Positions 10,953-13,194 of a stretch of 13,194 nt of DNA are shown one piece after another. The stretch is from a virus (taxonomy: Duplodnaviria > Heunggongvirae > Uroviricota > Caudoviricetes). Within the stretch, counting starts at the first letter, position 1. Every line of letters begins with the position of its first letter. Location: IMG/VR virus record IMGVR_UViG_2740892230_000011; one strand, given 5' to 3'. The notes beneath the pieces are model-generated. The model saw nothing but the letters and a program-made list of their open reading frames with translations, searched no databases and was not told where the DNA came from. The translations under genes were made by a program, and so were the position numbers.

Positions 10953-11086
10953 TACCTATGGCTGTATTCAGGATGCGGACGCACAGCGCGAAGGCATTAA
11001 CGCCTCTGCCCGTTACCCGAAAAACTGGGTGACTACCGGCGATCCGGCGCGAGAGTTCACCATGATTCAGTCAGCACCGCTGATGC
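10953..11086 (+). repeat. Second diverged copy of the E 3' coding end (matches about 10637-10770), bounded by N-runs
   Basis: tacctatggctgtattcaggatgcggacgcacagcgcgaaggcattaacgcctctgcccgttacccgaaaaactgggtgac... repeats the upstream E sequence with a few synonymous differences. Confidence 0.7.
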
Positions 11087-11116
11087 NNNNNNNNNNTTCT
11101 CTCTGTGGAGGAGTCT

Positions 11117-11650
11117 ATGACGAAAGATGAACTGATTGCCCGTCTTCAGGTGCTGGGTGAGCAACTGAACCGTGATGTCAGCCTGACGGGGACGAAAGAA
11201 GAACTGGTGCTCCGTGTGGCAGAGCTGGAAGAGGAGCTTGATGACACGGATGACGCTGCCGGTCAGGACACATCTGTCAGCCCGGAAAATGCGCTGACCG
11301 GACATGAAAATGAGGTGGTATCAGCACAGACGGATACCGTGACTGATACGGCTGCTCTGGTCACGGTTGTGGCACTGGTGACGCTGCATACCGATGCACT
11401 TCACGCCACGCGGGATGAACCTGTGGCATTTGTGCTGCCGGGAACGGCGTTTCNNNNNNNNNNGCAGCCGGATACCGTGATTGATACGGCTGCTCTGGTC
11501 ACGGTCGTGGCACTGGTGACGCTGCATACTGATGCACTTCACGCCACGCGGGATGAGCCTGTGGCATTTGTGCTGCCGGGAACGGCGTTTCGTGTCTCTG
11601 CCGGTGTGGCAGCCGAAATGACAGAACATGGCCTGGCCAGAATGCAATAA
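11117..11650 (+). CDS. Fi: DNA packaging protein FI; length inflated by one N-run with duplicated flanks
   Basis: ATG at 11117 preceded by ggagga; MTKDELIARLQVLGEQLNRDVSLTGTKEELVLRVAELEEELDD... ending ...AEMTEHGLARMQ matches lambda gpFI. An ~40-aa segment is duplicated across N-run 11454-11463; true length about 132 aa. Confidence 0.9.
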   Translation: MTKDELIARLQVLGEQLNRDVSLTGTKEELVLRVAELEEELDDTDDAAGQDTSVSPENALTGHENEVVSAQTDTVTDTAALVTVVALVTLHTDALHATRDEPVAFVLPGTAFXXXXQPDTVIDTAALVTVVALVTLHTDALHATRDEPVAFVLPGTAFRVSAGVAAEMTEHGLARMQ

Positions 11651-11661
11651 CGGGAGGCGCT

Positions 11662-12015
11662 GTGGCTGATTCCGATAACCTGTTCGATGCTGCCATTGCC
11701 CGCGCCGATGAAACGATACGCGGGTACATGGGAACGTCAGCCACCATGACATCCGGTGAGCAGTCCGGCGCAGTAATACGTGGTGTTTTTGATGACCCTG
11801 AAAATATCAGCTATGCCGGACAGGGGGTGCGCGTTGAAGGCTCCAGCCCGTCCCTGTTTGTCCGGACTGATGATGTGCGGCAGCTGCGGCGTGGAGACAC
11901 ACTGACCATCGGCGAGGAAAACTTCTGGGTGGACCGGATTTCGCCGGATGATGGCGGAAGCTGTCATCTCTGGCTTGGGCGTGGCGTGCCGCCTGCCGTT
12001 AACCGTCGCCGCTGA
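11662..12015 (+). CDS. Fii: Head completion protein FII (117 aa), GTG start
   Basis: GTG at 11662 preceded by gggagg; (M)ADSDNLFDAAIARADETIRGYMGTSATMTSGEQSGAVIRGVFDDPENISYAGQGVRVEG... matches lambda gpFII. Confidence 0.95.
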   Translation: MADSDNLFDAAIARADETIRGYMGTSATMTSGEQSGAVIRGVFDDPENISYAGQGVRVEGSSPSLFVRTDDVRQLRRGDTLTIGEENFWVDRISPDDGGSCHLWLGRGVPPAVNRRR

Positions 12016-12026
12016 AAGGGGGATGT

Positions 12027-12683
12027 ATGGCCATAAAAGGTCTTGAGCAGGCCGTTGAAAACCTCAGCCGTATCAGCAAAACGGCGGTGCCTGGTGCCGC
12101 CGCAATGGCCATTAACCGCGTTGCGTCATCCGCGATATCGCAGTCTGCGTCACAGGTTGNNNNNNNNNNCGGTGCGTCAGCAATGGCCATTAACCGCGTT
12201 GCTTCATCCGCGATATCGCAGTCTGCGTCACAGGTTGCCCGTGAGACAAAGGTACGCCGGAAACTGGTAAAGGAAAGGGCCAGGCTGAAAAGGGCCACGG
12301 TCAAAAATCCGCAGGCCAGAATCAGGGTTAACCGGGGGGATTTGCCCGTAATCAAGCTGGGTAACGCGCGGGTTGTCCTTTCCCGCCGCAGACGTCGTAA
12401 AAAGGGGCAGCGTTCATCCCTGAAAGGTGGCGGCAGCGTGCTTGTGGTGGGAAACCGTCGTATTCCCGGCGCGTTTATTCAGCAACTGAAAAATGGCCGG
12501 TGGCATGTCATGCAGCGTGTGGCCGGGAAAAACCGTTACCCCATTGATGTGGTGAAAATCCCGATGGCGGCCCCACTGAAACAGGCATTTGATGAGAATG
12601 TTGACCGTATCCGGCGTGAACGCCTGCCTAAAGAACTGGCATACGCGCTGAAACAACAACTGAGGATTGCAATAAAACGATGA
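12027..12683 (+). CDS. Z: Tail completion protein Z; length inflated by one N-run with duplicated flanks
   Basis: MAIKGLEQAVENLSRISKTAVPGAAAMAINRVASSAISQSASQVARETKVRRKLVKERARLKR... matches lambda gpZ. Segment AMAINRVASSAISQSASQV is duplicated across N-run 12160-12169; true length about 192 aa. SD agggggg upstream. Confidence 0.93.
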   Translation: MAIKGLEQAVENLSRISKTAVPGAAAMAINRVASSAISQSASQVXXXXGASAMAINRVASSAISQSASQVARETKVRRKLVKERARLKRATVKNPQARIRVNRGDLPVIKLGNARVVLSRRRRRKKGQRSSLKGGGSVLVVGNRRIPGAFIQQLKNGRWHVMQRVAGKNRYPIDVVKIPMAAPLKQAFDENVDRIRRERLPKELAYALKQQLRIAIKR

Positions 12684-13075
12684 AACACACTGACATTCGT
12701 GCCGCAGTGCTGGATGCACTCGAGCAGCATGAACACGGGGCGACGCTGTTTGATGGTCGCCCCGTTGTTTTTGACGAAGAGGATTTTCCTGCGATCGCGG
12801 TTTATCTGACGGATGCAGAGTATACCGGTGAAGAGCTGGATGCAGATACCTGGCGGGCCACGCTGCATATTGAGGTGTTTTTACCGGCACAGGTACCGGA
12901 TTCAGAGCTTGAACAGTGGATGGAAAGCCGGATTTACCCGGCGATGACCGCGATCCCGGCACTGGCAGGACTGATTACCACGATGGTTACGCAGGGCTAT
13001 GAGTATCGTCGTGATGACGATATGGCGTTATGGAGTTCTGCAGATCTGACTTATTCCATTACATACGAGATGTGA
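12680..13075 (+). CDS. U: Tail terminator protein U (131 aa)
   Basis: [87 protein letters not shown]... is lambda gpU-like; ATGA overlap with the Z stop. Confidence 0.95.
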   Translation: MKHTDIRAAVLDALEQHEHGATLFDGRPVVFDEEDFPAIAVYLTDAEYTGEELDADTWRATLHIEVFLPAQVPDSELEQWMESRIYPAMTAIPALAGLITTMVTQGYEYRRDDDMALWSSADLTYSITYEM

Positions 13076-13082
13076 GGACGAT

Positions 13083-13194
13083 ATGGCAACACCAAATCCC
13101 CTTGAGCCGGTAAAAGGTGCCGGTACCACTCTGTGGGTTTACAACGGCAAGGGTGATGCTTATGCAAACCCGTTGTCAGACGATGACTGGCAGC
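13083..13194 (+). CDS. V: Major tail protein V, 5' end only (runs off the window)
   Basis: ATG at 13083 preceded by gagga; [37 protein letters not shown] resembles the lambda gpV N-terminus. Confidence 0.9.
   Translation, partial: MATPNPLEPVKGAGTTLWVYNGKGDAYANPLSDDDWQ

Overview
This window is the cos-proximal late (packaging and head) region of a lambda-like phage or prophage. Reading left to right: (i) an AT-rich two-gene cluster on the minus strand (72-772), which I tentatively assign to the DUF1398 (YbcV/YdfO) and DUF3950 (YlcI/YnfO) families from recalled synteny next to Nu1 homologues in E. coli cryptic prophages; (ii) a cos region (cosN 12-nt cohesive-end sequence gggcggcgacct at 1127-1138) whose upstream flank is present twice; (iii) about 325 bp of non-lambda sequence carrying a CCGGACATG repeat array, inserted exactly where lambda has its R3 site; (iv) a divergent terminase module (small subunit with a different N-terminal DNA-binding region, plus the first ~410 codons of a large-subunit homologue) that stops at an N-run; (v) a clean, near-canonical lambda block with no N-runs over 3485-9830 (cosB through D), and the full lambda order cosB-Nu1-A-W-B-C/Nu3-D-E-FI-FII-Z-U-V(5' end) running to the window end. 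There are 13 runs of exactly 10 N; nearly every one is flanked by two diverged copies of the same 50-320 bp, so several ORFs in the supplied track are artificially lengthened (E, FI, Z, the divergent small subunit). I read this as a scaffold built from at least two co-resident lambdoid alleles rather than real tandem duplications. The parts worth following up are the second terminase module and the repeat array that may be its cognate cosB; the rest is well-known lambda head biology. All protein assignments are from my recollection of lambda protein sequences, not from a search.
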